64,000 nucleotides of DNA from a virus. Below are positions 15,422 through 24,590 of this stretch, in pieces (the first letter of the stretch is position 1; each line of letters opens with the position of its first letter). The notes beneath the pieces were generated by a model. The model was given only the letters and a program-made list of their open reading frames with translations. It searched no databases and had not been told where the DNA came from. Location: IMG/VR virus record IMGVR_UViG_3300017963_000230, positions 1 through 64,000 of that record; one strand, written 5' to 3'. A program made the position numbers and the translations under genes.

Positions 15422-16944
15422 TCCGCAGACGAGTCAAAATAGACACAGCTGATGAGAAGAACTTAATGATAGGTCTGATTATCAGTAAAAGGTTCTGTCA
15501 AACCTTCCTTCCTATGATACAGTCCCATTACCTACAAAGTAAGTACAGTAAAAGGGTGTACAAATGGGTGAGAGATTATTACAAAGAATTTGAAGATGCA
15601 CCTGGACACAATATACAGAAAATCTATGAAGTAGAGAAGGAGGAACTGGAGGAAGAAGAGCAGAAGCTGGTAGGAGAATTTATTGCAGGACTGAGTGGTT
15701 ATTATGAAGAAATGGAGAGTTTCAATGAGGAATATTTAGAGAGGCGCTGTTTAAAATATCTAAAGAAAAGATCCATAATAGACCACAAAGACAAACTGAT
15801 GAACTTAATTGACCTTGGTAAAGTTGAGGAGGCTGAGATAGAAATTTCTAACTTTAGGAAGGTCAGTAAAACTACATCAGAATGGATAAATCCTTTTGAT
15901 ATCCAACAAATAGAACAAGTGATGATTCGTGATGAAGAATACTTGTTTAAAATGCCAGGTAGGCTAGGACAGATATTAGGTCCTCTTAAAAGAACTTGGC
16001 TAATATCCCTTATGGGTCCTATGAAGCGGGGAAAGACTTGGTGGTTGGAAGAGATAAAATTCGCTGCCTTGTATAACAGGCTGAAGGTAGCTTCCATTTC
16101 ATTAGAGATGTCAAAAGAGGAAACGTCTATAAGGTCCTATCAACGACTTACCGCCCTATCTACCGAAGAAAAAAACATCTACCGTTTTCCCATATTTGAC
16201 TGCCTTAAGAACCAGCAGGGCACCTGTGACATGAAAGAGCGTAGGGGTTCTGGTTCACTAATAAATGATGAAGGCAAATTATCACCTTACAGTCCTAACT
16301 TAGATTGGACAGTTTGTACTTACTGCCTTGACAATAAATTGGGATTCTTTGATCCTGAACCTTGGTATGAAGAGCAAGAGGTTCCCACCATGTCAGTAGC
16401 TAAGGTTAAAAAGGCTACCAAATCTTTTATGATGATGTATGGAAACAATTTGCTTAGAACTATAAGCTATCCCATAAAGACTGCCAACATAGGAGATATA
16501 AAGAGGGATCTTGACTTGCTGGAATATACAGAGGATTTTATACCTGACGTTATACTGATAGACTATATGGACATTTTGGGTCCAGAAAATCCTAAGCTGG
16601 TTGGTCGTGAAGCTATAAACGATACCTGGATGACAGCAAAGAGCCTAGCACAGGAGCGGGGCTGTTTAGTTGCCACGGCTACACAGGCAAATAGAGACTC
16701 AATGGAAAAGACATATGTTAGACAAAAAAACACAGGTGAAGATATCAGGAAGTTAGCACACGTAAACTTAATGGCGGTTCTTAATCAAAAAGACTTCGAG
16801 AAGAGAAAAAATATAATGCGCTTTGGAGTGATAGCACATAGGCACAAACAATTTGACGAAACGATGACTATCAAGGTTCTTCAACAATTAGATCTCGGGC
16901 AACCTTACCTGGATGCCGCACTTGATAAAGTGAGAGGAGATTAA
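15418..16944 (+). CDS. DnaB-family replicative helicase
   Basis: TTG start after an AGGAGGG SD. Walker A GPMKRGKTW, Walker B VILIDYMD, ATATQANRD. Cys4 insertion CLKNQQGTC...CTYC. Confidence 0.8.
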   Translation: MIRRRVKIDTADEKNLMIGLIISKRFCQTFLPMIQSHYLQSKYSKRVYKWVRDYYKEFEDAPGHNIQKIYEVEKEELEEEEQKLVGEFIAGLSGYYEEMESFNEEYLERRCLKYLKKRSIIDHKDKLMNLIDLGKVEEAEIEISNFRKVSKTTSEWINPFDIQQIEQVMIRDEEYLFKMPGRLGQILGPLKRTWLISLMGPMKRGKTWWLEEIKFAALYNRLKVASISLEMSKEETSIRSYQRLTALSTEEKNIYRFPIFDCLKNQQGTCDMKERRGSGSLINDEGKLSPYSPNLDWTVCTYCLDNKLGFFDPEPWYEEQEVPTMSVAKVKKATKSFMMMYGNNLLRTISYPIKTANIGDIKRDLDLLEYTEDFIPDVILIDYMDILGPENPKLVGREAINDTWMTAKSLAQERGCLVATATQANRDSMEKTYVRQKNTGEDIRKLAHVNLMAVLNQKDFEKRKNIMRFGVIAHRHKQFDETMTIKVLQQLDLGQPYLDAALDKVRGD

Positions 16945-16945
16945 A

Positions 16946-17203
16946 ATGGATGACCGTTCAAAGATTTATCTAACAATAACTACAATCTTATTAGTACTCC
17001 TGTTCTTTTTATATGTTTATAGCTACAAAATAAATCAATGGAAATGGGAATATGTTAGAAAACACATGCACGGTAAGGTGGAAGACTACAAAGTAACAGA
17101 TGATTTAACTATACGTTGGGTTCCTGTAGATCCGAGCATTTACGTTTATACTAGAGAAGGAATTATTCATATAGACCTAAGTAAAAGGGAGGTAACTAAA
17201 TGA
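16946..17203 (+). CDS. Small membrane protein
   Basis: LTITTILLVLLFFLYVY transmembrane helix. Confidence 0.6.
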   Translation: MDDRSKIYLTITTILLVLLFFLYVYSYKINQWKWEYVRKHMHGKVEDYKVTDDLTIRWVPVDPSIYVYTREGIIHIDLSKREVTK

Positions 17204-17631
17204 TAGTAGGAAAGACATTTACATTTGATGCAGCTCATCAACTACCTAAGTATCGTGGGGACTGTAATAAGCTACATGGTCATACCTATAAGTTGGAGGT
17301 AGAAGCATATGGACCTGTAGTTACGAATGAAAGAAGCACAATAGAAGGAATGGTTATTGACTTTAAAGATCTAAAAGATTTAGTAGAAGAGGTTGTTCTT
17401 AACAACCTTGATCATTCTTACCTAAATGATATATTTGAGAATCCCACAGCAGAAATCATAGCCTTTAAGATATTTTATGAGCTAGATAAATACTTTGAAG
17501 AGGAAGAGGATAGAGGTATTTCAAAAGTAAGGCTGTGGGAAACACCAACCAGTTACGTGGAGGTACGTCATGAAGATTTACAGCATTTTCTCCAGCATAC
17601 ACGGGGAGGCAAATTGCCGTGGACAGGGTAG
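17200..17631 (+). CDS. queD: 6-carboxy-5,6,7,8-tetrahydropterin synthase
   Basis: FTFDAAHQLP...CNKLHGHTYKLEV...DHSYLND...LWETPTSY is colinear with the remembered E. coli QueD. Confidence 0.85.
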   Translation: MIVGKTFTFDAAHQLPKYRGDCNKLHGHTYKLEVEAYGPVVTNERSTIEGMVIDFKDLKDLVEEVVLNNLDHSYLNDIFENPTAEIIAFKIFYELDKYFEEEEDRGISKVRLWETPTSYVEVRHEDLQHFLQHTRGGKLPWTG

Positions 17632-18226
17632 TTGGGCAACATTCGTACGAACTGCTGGGTGTAGCTTAGGTTGTAACTACTGTGATACAAAGTATGCCCA
17701 AGATCCTAGAGTAGGCAAGGAAATGGACATTTTTAGGTTAATAGAAAGAGTGGAGAAGTATAAAGGTCCCTATTTGTTGATCACAGGGGGTGAGCCACTA
17801 GAGCAAGGGGAAGAATTGCTTCAGTTTATCTCACTGGTTAGAACTAAAGGATTCCACGTTACGGTAGAAACAAATGGAGCCTACGCTCTACCCCCACGGC
17901 AGCTCTGCACCGTGGATTGCTATGTGGTAGACTATAAGCTGCCTGGTGCAGGAGTAGGTGATGTTTTTCAATGGGCTAATACTAACGTGTTTTCCCAAAA
18001 TGACGTGGTTAAATTTGTGATATCAGACGAGAGTGACTATCAAGAGGCAAAAAGAGCTTATAGGAGACTGAAACAGAGAAATTCCAAGGCAAGGTGCGCT
18101 TTCTCTCCAGTCCTGGATAGGTTAGAACCTGCTGCTCTATACTATTGGATGCTGGAAGACAATATTTGGGACGTACAGCTCAGCCTTCAGTTGCACAAAT
18201 TGGTGAAACTTCCAGAACCTAGGTAA
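17570..18226 (+). CDS. queE: 7-carboxy-7-deazaguanine synthase (radical SAM)
   Basis: SIHGEANCRGQGSWATFVRTAGCSLGCNYCDTKY gives a CX3CX2C cluster in QueE context. 62-nt overlap with queD. Confidence 0.8.
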   Translation: MKIYSIFSSIHGEANCRGQGSWATFVRTAGCSLGCNYCDTKYAQDPRVGKEMDIFRLIERVEKYKGPYLLITGGEPLEQGEELLQFISLVRTKGFHVTVETNGAYALPPRQLCTVDCYVVDYKLPGAGVGDVFQWANTNVFSQNDVVKFVISDESDYQEAKRAYRRLKQRNSKARCAFSPVLDRLEPAALYYWMLEDNIWDVQLSLQLHKLVKLPEPR

Positions 18227-18358
18227 ACTGCCTAAAAAATATCATCAAAAAGTTTATAAACACCAATGGAAACGTTCTATAATGTAGCTATAATTAGCTG
18301 AAAGGCTGAATAACTAACTGGGCGAGAGCTCAAATATCACACAAGGAGGTAACACATT

Positions 18359-18868
18359 ATGGCATTAAGTCCGCAATTTGTAAACGCAAAAGAGCTGAGA
18401 GAGCAGATTGGTGCTCTCAATGCAACCGGTGTTCTGGAAGAGAAGTTGAAGACCGTAGGCATTAAGAAAGAGGTCATGGTCGACAGTTTTCTCAAGGCCG
18501 TAGATAGCATTCCAGAAGGCAGTGAGGAAGAAAAGAAGCTGCCGGATTCCGTCGTGGAATTCTATAACAGCATTGTCGAAGGGAAAGATCCTAGCCCTGA
18601 AGAGATTGCCGCGATGGAAGCTGCCAAGAAGAAAGGACCTAAACGGGAAGGACCTTCTAATGAGCAGTTAGCCTACGACATGGTCAAAGCTGGCAAATCT
18701 GAAAATGAAATCGCTAAGGCATTCACTGAAAGGTATCACAAGCGGGATCAGAAAGACGCTGATTTCATCAAAAAGCGAATCGACATCTACATTCGCATTG
18801 CCAAAAAGAGGATCGAAAAGGAAGAAGGTGGGGAGGCTACACCTGCCAAAGGAGAAGCGAAGGAATAA
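18359..18868 (+). CDS. Hypothetical Lys/Glu-rich protein
   Basis: AAGGAGGT SD and a TATAAT at 18288-18293 upstream. Visibly higher G+C and different codon choice from its neighbours. Confidence 0.7.
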   Translation: MALSPQFVNAKELREQIGALNATGVLEEKLKTVGIKKEVMVDSFLKAVDSIPEGSEEEKKLPDSVVEFYNSIVEGKDPSPEEIAAMEAAKKKGPKREGPSNEQLAYDMVKAGKSENEIAKAFTERYHKRDQKDADFIKKRIDIYIRIAKKRIEKEEGGEATPAKGEAKE

Positions 18869-18871
18869 TTC

Positions 18872-19459
18872 ATGAATGAAAGACTTATCAAGGATTGTTT
18901 CAAGCTGATCATCGAACAAGGGTTGGGGTTGTCGTTAGATGACCCCAACCTTGTTGGCACCCCTGAACGTATGGCAAAAATGTATCGTCATATTTTCAGG
19001 AATGCTAAAATGGAATGTAAACCAAAACTCACCAAGTTTCCAAACGAAGAAAACATTCAAGAGCTAATAATGTTAGATAGAATACACTTCGTAAGTTGGT
19101 GTAGTCATCATTTCTTACCTTTTGAGGGATACGCTTGGATGGGATATATTCCAGATAAATTTGTTATAGGTGCCTCTAAACCCTCACGCCTTATAGAGCA
19201 TTATAGTGCTTGCCCTAATCTTCAAGAATTCCTATGTATGAACTGCATTAAAGAATTTGACAAACAAATTGAACCTAAAGGAACTATACTCGTAATGCGA
19301 GCTATTCATAGCTGTATGAGATGCAGAGGAGTAAAGCAGAGTGGAGGAGCAGGAATGATAACCTCTTCTTTATCTGGAGTTCTTAAAAAGGATGCAAAAG
19401 CAAGAGCGGAAGCAATGGACTTAATCAAACTTTCAATGATGCAGGGGATGATAGAATGA
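18872..19459 (+). CDS. folE: GTP cyclohydrolase I
   Basis: GTPERMAKMY, WCSHHFLPFEGYAWMGYIP (CEHH-type motif with Ser), HSCMRCRGV. Confidence 0.8.
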   Translation: MNERLIKDCFKLIIEQGLGLSLDDPNLVGTPERMAKMYRHIFRNAKMECKPKLTKFPNEENIQELIMLDRIHFVSWCSHHFLPFEGYAWMGYIPDKFVIGASKPSRLIEHYSACPNLQEFLCMNCIKEFDKQIEPKGTILVMRAIHSCMRCRGVKQSGGAGMITSSLSGVLKKDAKARAEAMDLIKLSMMQGMIE

Positions 19460-19656
19460 ACGAAAAGAAAAAGAAACCAAAAGTAAAACTCGTTGGAGAA
19501 AATGGTAATGTATTCAACCTTATGGGAATCTGCCAGAAAGCCCTTAGAAAGGAAGGCCTTAATGATGAGGCTAAGGAGATGGTAGATAGAATTTTTCATA
19601 GTGGCAGTTATGATGAAGCATTGTCTATAATGTGTGAATACGTTGATGCTTATTAA
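19456..19656 (+). CDS. Small hypothetical protein
   Basis: 66-aa ORF with ATGA-type coupling to folE. Confidence 0.6.
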   Translation: MNEKKKKPKVKLVGENGNVFNLMGICQKALRKEGLNDEAKEMVDRIFHSGSYDEALSIMCEYVDAY

Positions 19657-19681
19657 TCAGGGGGATTAAGGAGATACTAAA

Positions 19682-20092
19682 ATGAGAAAAATAATTTGGA
19701 TTTTAGCAATCGTCTGTGTATTTGCCCTTGTGGTAAATCCCGCCTTGAGTTGTGGGGGCGGCGACGGTGGAGGTTCAGGTGGAGACGACGGTGGAGGTTC
19801 AGGTGGAGACGACGGTGGAGGTTCAGGTGGAGACGACGGTGGAGGTTCAGGTGGAGACGACGGTGGAGGTTCAGGTGGTTCTGGCGGTTCTGGCGGTTCT
19901 GGAGGTTCTGCATCTGCAGGTGCTTCTCCTGGAGCAGCAGCAGACGGAGATGTCCCAAACGAATACGTGTATCCTGAAAAAGACTACTGTGATGCCTTAA
20001 ACGAACATGAACCTACCTGGGTTATTTGGCACATCTTCCCTTTCTTAGCTGACAAGGATGGATGTGACTGGTCACTTTATTGGAGGAAGTAA
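19682..20092 (+). CDS. Putative lipoprotein or exported protein with a (GGDDGGGS)n linker
   Basis: MRKIIWILAIVCVFALVVNPALSC gives a signal peptide plus a lipobox-like A-L-S-C. Gly/Asp repeat, then a Trp/Cys-containing C-terminal domain. Confidence 0.6.
   Translation: MRKIIWILAIVCVFALVVNPALSCGGGDGGGSGGDDGGGSGGDDGGGSGGDDGGGSGGDDGGGSGGSGGSGGSGGSASAGASPGAAADGDVPNEYVYPEKDYCDALNEHEPTWVIWHIFPFLADKDGCDWSLYWRK
19757..19909. repeat. 24-nt tandem repeat (~5 copies) followed by a 9-nt GGS repeat
   Basis: Unit ggtggagacgacggtggaggttca at 19778, 19802, 19826 and 19850, with a partial copy from 19757. Then ggtggttct/ggcggttct x4. Confidence 0.9.
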
Positions 20093-20430
20093 TGCCTAAA
20101 ACATTCGTTGTAATTAGAACTCAATTTGAAGCCTTGCATTGTTGGCCTAGCGCACCGGATGAAGTAGCTTTCCTAAGAGAGGCCCATCGTCACATGTTCC
20201 ATGTAGAGATGAAGTGGATTGTTCATCATGACGATAGAGATATAGAATTCTTCATGATGAAATGGGAAGTACAGGAATATATCAATGCAAATATGACAAT
20301 GGACCTAGGGCATAGGAGTTGCGAGATGATATGTAAACAGCTCGCAGACCACTTTAAGGCTGACTATGTGAGTGTATTTGAGGATGGTGAAAATGGAGCA
20401 GAATACTACAGAACATTCGAACCAAGGTAA
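20092..20430 (+). CDS. Small conserved-looking protein, possibly a QueD/PTPS-like T-fold paralogue
   Basis: GGAGG SD and TAATG coupling. FEALHCWP...FLREAHRHMFHVEMKW has an H-x-H plus Glu pattern. The fold assignment is a guess. Confidence 0.3.
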   Translation: MPKTFVVIRTQFEALHCWPSAPDEVAFLREAHRHMFHVEMKWIVHHDDRDIEFFMMKWEVQEYINANMTMDLGHRSCEMICKQLADHFKADYVSVFEDGENGAEYYRTFEPR

Positions 20431-20434
20431 ACCT

Positions 20435-21715
20435 ATGAAAGTAGTAGTTATTGATCCCACAAGTCCAGAAGTCAACCGAGGCAGCTTCTGTTATCTTCCC
20501 TATATTGTCTACAACAGCATAGCCTTAAAACAGAACGCATGGCTAATGGAAGACTTCACTATGGCACAAATTAACAGAATACCAAAGGCAGAGGACTATT
20601 TGGTAGCTCTTTGGTCATATCCGCAGATAGATCTCTGCCTCATGCTCAATAAGTTCCTTCCTAAACAGCCTATTTTCTTTGGGTACACACCTTTAATTAA
20701 ACACCTTAAATTAAAGCACTGGTATCCTAAAGAAGAAATGATATTGGCAGGAATGTACAATTATCCTCAATGCTATGCCTCACTAAAACATCTGCTGTTG
20801 AGTGATTGTGATATGCATCTTACAAAGTATGAGGGGCAGGTATATCCACTGTTTACCTCATATGGTTGTCCAAGAGGCTGCGCTTTCTGTCCCTCTACGG
20901 TTAACTGTGGTAGGAAGAGAATAGTAATTCCCATAGAAGATGTCAAAATGATGCTCGATCACTGTATAGAAAGAGATATCAATAACATTCATTTTACAGA
21001 TGAGGACTTCTTTTTCGATCACCAAAGAGCATTTGAAATACTGAATCATGCTGCACGGTTAGGAAGTTTTAATTTTATCGCTCTAGGTGAAGTAACCACT
21101 GTAAACCGTTTTATTGACCTTCATGGTAATGAGGTGCTCACAGACAGTGGTATGAAGTTGATTGAAATAGGCATGGAGACGGCCGACCCTGACTTAGGTA
21201 AGAAGATGGGTAAAGCCCCTGTCAATAAATGCAAGGAACTTTCTGAGAAATGCTCAGTTGATATATTCTGGTTAGCCCTGACGTTCTTCCCAGGTGAAAC
21301 GCTGAAAACTCTAAACGAAACTGGAAAGTTTTTAAGAGAGCATGGTTTTAAACCTGAAGAGCTGTATGGACGGGTCCGTACTAATGGAACTGAAGGGGGA
21401 TTAGGACAATTCTTTCAGCCCTATCATGGAACTAAAGATTACTCACAACTCAAGAAGAGAGGTAAGTTCATTTCAAGTAGACCGATGCGTTTGCTTCCCA
21501 GTTACCTGCCTAACAGTTTCCTATCTCAACTCATAAAACACAGACAAGACCACGAAGATTTAGATTATTACATCAATCTTTACAGACTTCCTGATATAGG
21601 CATACCTAATTCAGGTACAGTATGGGAAAATATTCTACGCAATCTTAAAGAAGGCATCAGTATAGCAGACTCTGCAACCTTTTATGCTATACTTGCCAGA
21701 CTGGGGATAATATGA
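20435..21715 (+). CDS. Radical SAM enzyme with an N-terminal B12-binding-like domain (class-B-like)
   Basis: N-terminal MKVVVIDPTS Rossmann-like start. FTSYGCPRGCAFCPS CX3CX2C cluster. No C-terminal SPASM-type Cys cluster seen. Confidence 0.65.
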   Translation: MKVVVIDPTSPEVNRGSFCYLPYIVYNSIALKQNAWLMEDFTMAQINRIPKAEDYLVALWSYPQIDLCLMLNKFLPKQPIFFGYTPLIKHLKLKHWYPKEEMILAGMYNYPQCYASLKHLLLSDCDMHLTKYEGQVYPLFTSYGCPRGCAFCPSTVNCGRKRIVIPIEDVKMMLDHCIERDINNIHFTDEDFFFDHQRAFEILNHAARLGSFNFIALGEVTTVNRFIDLHGNEVLTDSGMKLIEIGMETADPDLGKKMGKAPVNKCKELSEKCSVDIFWLALTFFPGETLKTLNETGKFLREHGFKPEELYGRVRTNGTEGGLGQFFQPYHGTKDYSQLKKRGKFISSRPMRLLPSYLPNSFLSQLIKHRQDHEDLDYYINLYRLPDIGIPNSGTVWENILRNLKEGISIADSATFYAILARLGII

Positions 21716-22755
21716 TTTACAACATTCCAATCGAAAGTCTTGAGGAGAGGTACAGTAAACAGTGGAACAAATGGTTCCCTGAAGAGCTTAAACGATTGAA
21801 AATCGAGAGCAAAACTGTATATCCCACTCCACTATCTAACAAAATAGAGCAGGGTAGCTTCCTTGATGTCATAACTACCAATCATTTTAAAGCTAACCAA
21901 TTATCCACTATCTGTCAACTATTCTGGATGAATAAAGTAATGCCAGGCGACACATTCCTATTTCACGACCTCTGGTTTCCTGGTATTGAAATGTTAGCCT
22001 ATATGAGAGATGCACTGAAAATTGATTTCAAAATAGCTGGCATACTACATGCTGGTAGCTATGACGAACACGACATGCTCCACAGAGTAGGAATGACGAG
22101 GTGGGCACAGTGGATTGAAAGAGGATGGTTGGAGTTTATCGATCATATATTTGTAGCTACTCAATTTCATAAAAATCTAATATTAGAACAAAGAGGATGG
22201 ACACCCAGTAAACCACATGATATAGATAATAAAATACACATCACAGGTCTGCCTATCTATCCTGAGTTTGCTAATCCTAACCCTCGTCCTAGACAGGACA
22301 TATTATTTCCACACCGACTGGACATAGAAAAGAATCCTCACATGTTTGATGAACTAGAGAAAGCATGTCGTGAGTCTGATGTTGACTTCAGCAAATGGAA
22401 CTTTTTCAAGACTAAGGATATGATAAAGAGTAAACAAGAATACTACAATATGCTGAATAATGGAAGCATAGCAGTGAGCTTTGCAGAGCAGGAAACTTGG
22501 GGTATAGCTATGCAAGAGGCTGTGATGTGTGGGTGTATTCCTCTGGTACCAAACAGACTAAGCTACCAAGAGCTGTACCCTGCAGAGTTTCGCTTTCACA
22601 ATTTTGGTCAATGCGTAGGTATGATTGTAAAGATGGTAACAGATGAACAATACTTTGAAGCCATGCAAGTGATGGCTCAAATACTGGCACAAAAGTTTAT
22701 AATGAAAGGAAAGTTTGCCATAGAGAAAATGCTAACTATATTGGAGGAATTGTGA
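21712..22755 (+). CDS. GT-B fold glycosyltransferase-like protein
   Basis: SFAEQETWGIAMQEAVMCGCIPLVPN (EX7E-like motif). 4-nt overlap with the radical SAM gene. Confidence 0.5.
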   Translation: MIYNIPIESLEERYSKQWNKWFPEELKRLKIESKTVYPTPLSNKIEQGSFLDVITTNHFKANQLSTICQLFWMNKVMPGDTFLFHDLWFPGIEMLAYMRDALKIDFKIAGILHAGSYDEHDMLHRVGMTRWAQWIERGWLEFIDHIFVATQFHKNLILEQRGWTPSKPHDIDNKIHITGLPIYPEFANPNPRPRQDILFPHRLDIEKNPHMFDELEKACRESDVDFSKWNFFKTKDMIKSKQEYYNMLNNGSIAVSFAEQETWGIAMQEAVMCGCIPLVPNRLSYQELYPAEFRFHNFGQCVGMIVKMVTDEQYFEAMQVMAQILAQKFIMKGKFAIEKMLTILEEL

Positions 22756-23018
22756 AGGTACTAAGGATAGCTGTTATACTGTTAGCAACAGTGATGATAA
22801 GTCAGGCAGGTGACTTGCCCAAAAGTACTCGCCAAATATATATTGATAACAAAAGAATTGAGAGCGAAGGAATCCACACAACGAGACCTATTAGGCCTCA
22901 TAATAAGAGGAAGAGAGTGTTTATTTATAAGTGTATTGATTCTGAAACTGGAGAAGAGGTTCCCTGTCCTGAACGTGAAAAAGAGGAAGACACAACGGAA
23001 AGAACATACATGGAATGA
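22752..23018 (+). CDS. Small secreted protein
   Basis: MKVLRIAVILLATVMISQAGD signal peptide. Basic and acidic tail. Confidence 0.55.
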   Translation: MKVLRIAVILLATVMISQAGDLPKSTRQIYIDNKRIESEGIHTTRPIRPHNKRKRVFIYKCIDSETGEEVPCPEREKEEDTTERTYME

Positions 23019-24202
23019 AACTCTATAATAATCATTTCAGCATTGAAGGCACTTACGATATACTCAATCTAAGAGAAGAGCTGGGAAATGCTATAAGCAA
23101 ACCTCCTGCTACTCCTAGAATAGGAATGAGACCTCACACCGCAATTAAGCTACTTCAGGTACGGGATAGAACTGTAAGGGATTTATGGGAAAGGATAAAG
23201 TATATGGTGAAATATGACGATGTAAAGATATTTATGGACTCTGGGGCTCCTAGCCTTTATAACTCCCTTGTGAGAAACAAAGAAGGAGGTGCTCACACTT
23301 ACATGGGAAGTTACCTAAAGGACAGGAAGCATGATGACTTCAGCTTCCTTGAGATGAACGAATACAAAATCTATCGTCGCAAGTATACCATGTTTATTAA
23401 GGAGTACCTTCCTAACCTAGAAGTCTATGCCGTACTTGATGTGATTAATAATGCAGAAGCTACCTGGGAGAATCAGCAGTATATGGAGAGCAAAGGCCTA
23501 AAGCCTATACCTGTTTGGCATTTTGGATGCGAGATCAAATGGCTTGAGATGTATCTAGCTAAAGGCTATGAGTACATAGCAATAGGTGGATTGGTTCCTA
23601 ACCCTACTTCAGTTATTATACCTCCGTTGGATGACATTTGGGATTACCTGTTGACCTACGACAATGGCATCCCGCGGGTTAAAGTACATGGCTTCGCGGT
23701 GACAGCACCTGAACTTGTTAGTCGCTATCCCTGGTACAGTGTGGATAGTGCCAGCTGGGTAAAATATGGTAAGTATGGTATAGTATTGACTCCAAGAACA
23801 AAAGGAGGTAAACGTGTCTACAACGTCTCGCCCCACAGCGTTGCAGTTTCAGATAGAAGTCCGTTTAAAGAGATGCAGGGAAAACATATCTCAAATTACT
23901 CACCTGCTGAACGAAATTTCATCCTTAATTACTACCACGAAAAAGGTTTCCGACTTGGAAGTTGTAAGTATAAACTTGTCGGCAATGGCTACGACCTCCA
24001 GGATAATGAGAGATTCGTTAGTGGAAGAAAAGGAGATAAAGAACGGGAAGTTGAAATCGAAATTGAAAAGGGCCTTGCTACTGACTACAGAGTAAGAGAT
24101 GAATTGAACATACTTTACTATCTAGATTTAGAAAAGAGTCAACCTGACTGGCCTTGGGCTTTCAAGCGCCACAAAATGCCGAAAGGATTCAACTTATTTT
24201 GA
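23015..24202 (+). CDS. dpdA: DpdA-like DNA (guanine) transglycosylase, TGT superfamily
   Basis: IFMDSGAPSLYN, YIAIGGLVP, KVHGFAVTAP and YSVDSASW mirror the TGT-family motif order. Sits in a FolE/QueD/QueE cluster. Confidence 0.65.
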   Translation: MKLYNNHFSIEGTYDILNLREELGNAISKPPATPRIGMRPHTAIKLLQVRDRTVRDLWERIKYMVKYDDVKIFMDSGAPSLYNSLVRNKEGGAHTYMGSYLKDRKHDDFSFLEMNEYKIYRRKYTMFIKEYLPNLEVYAVLDVINNAEATWENQQYMESKGLKPIPVWHFGCEIKWLEMYLAKGYEYIAIGGLVPNPTSVIIPPLDDIWDYLLTYDNGIPRVKVHGFAVTAPELVSRYPWYSVDSASWVKYGKYGIVLTPRTKGGKRVYNVSPHSVAVSDRSPFKEMQGKHISNYSPAERNFILNYYHEKGFRLGSCKYKLVGNGYDLQDNERFVSGRKGDKEREVEIEIEKGLATDYRVRDELNILYYLDLEKSQPDWPWAFKRHKMPKGFNLF

Positions 24203-24276
24203 CTAATACATCAAATAATAAAACTGATTCTTCTACGAGTAAAATTCCAGTAACCACTACTACCCTACCTAAACAA

Positions 24277-24393
24277 ATGGTAATTCTAAATATCTCTAGG
24301 AAAGAAGCAAGGAGAGTAGGATGGAGATTACTGAAACTATCCTTTTTAACAATAAAAGGAAGAATAACTGTCTTAGTGGATCAATCTAAATGA
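24277..24393 (+). CDS. Micro-ORF (38 aa)
   Basis: Internal ATG of track ORF 24154-24393. ATGA overlap with the next gene. No clear SD. Confidence 0.25.
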   Translation: MVILNISRKEARRVGWRLLKLSFLTIKGRITVLVDQSK

Positions 24394-24590
24394 TACTATA
24401 TATGGCTGGCAATTTCCCTGTAATGAATGACATACAGAAGGAACGAGCTATGAAAGAGTATGTACTGAAGAATGGCTATAGTTCCTACAACAGACTTGCC
24501 AGCTTTTACCATAGAAAAGGAGCAAAGAATGTCATCAAAGTTAGTGAGGAATCCAGAGCAGGACGCCCGAAAGCTGATAATGACGATTGA
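24390..24590 (+). CDS. Small protein, member 1 of the MK(I/L)Y(F/L)AG...R(L/V)xxS(Y/F)(Y/F) paralogue family
   Basis: MILYMAGNFP...NRLASFYH aligns with the ORFs at 24741, 26125 and 29101. Confidence 0.55.
   Translation: MILYMAGNFPVMNDIQKERAMKEYVLKNGYSSYNRLASFYHRKGAKNVIKVSEESRAGRPKADNDD

Noticed and set aside
19677-20000. ORFs 19677-19958 (-), 19696-19977 (+) and 19752-20000 (+) with HRRLHLNL, WRRRWRF and VEVQVETT repeats
   Set aside because: They are frame artefacts of the 24-nt Gly/Asp repeat. Only the 19682 frame has a signal peptide, an SD and coupling to the next gene.
24154-24276. 5' extension of ORF 24154-24393 overlapping the end of the DpdA-like gene
   Set aside because: It has no SD and overlaps dpdA by 49 nt. 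Only the distal 38-aa part (24277-24393) is kept, at low confidence.
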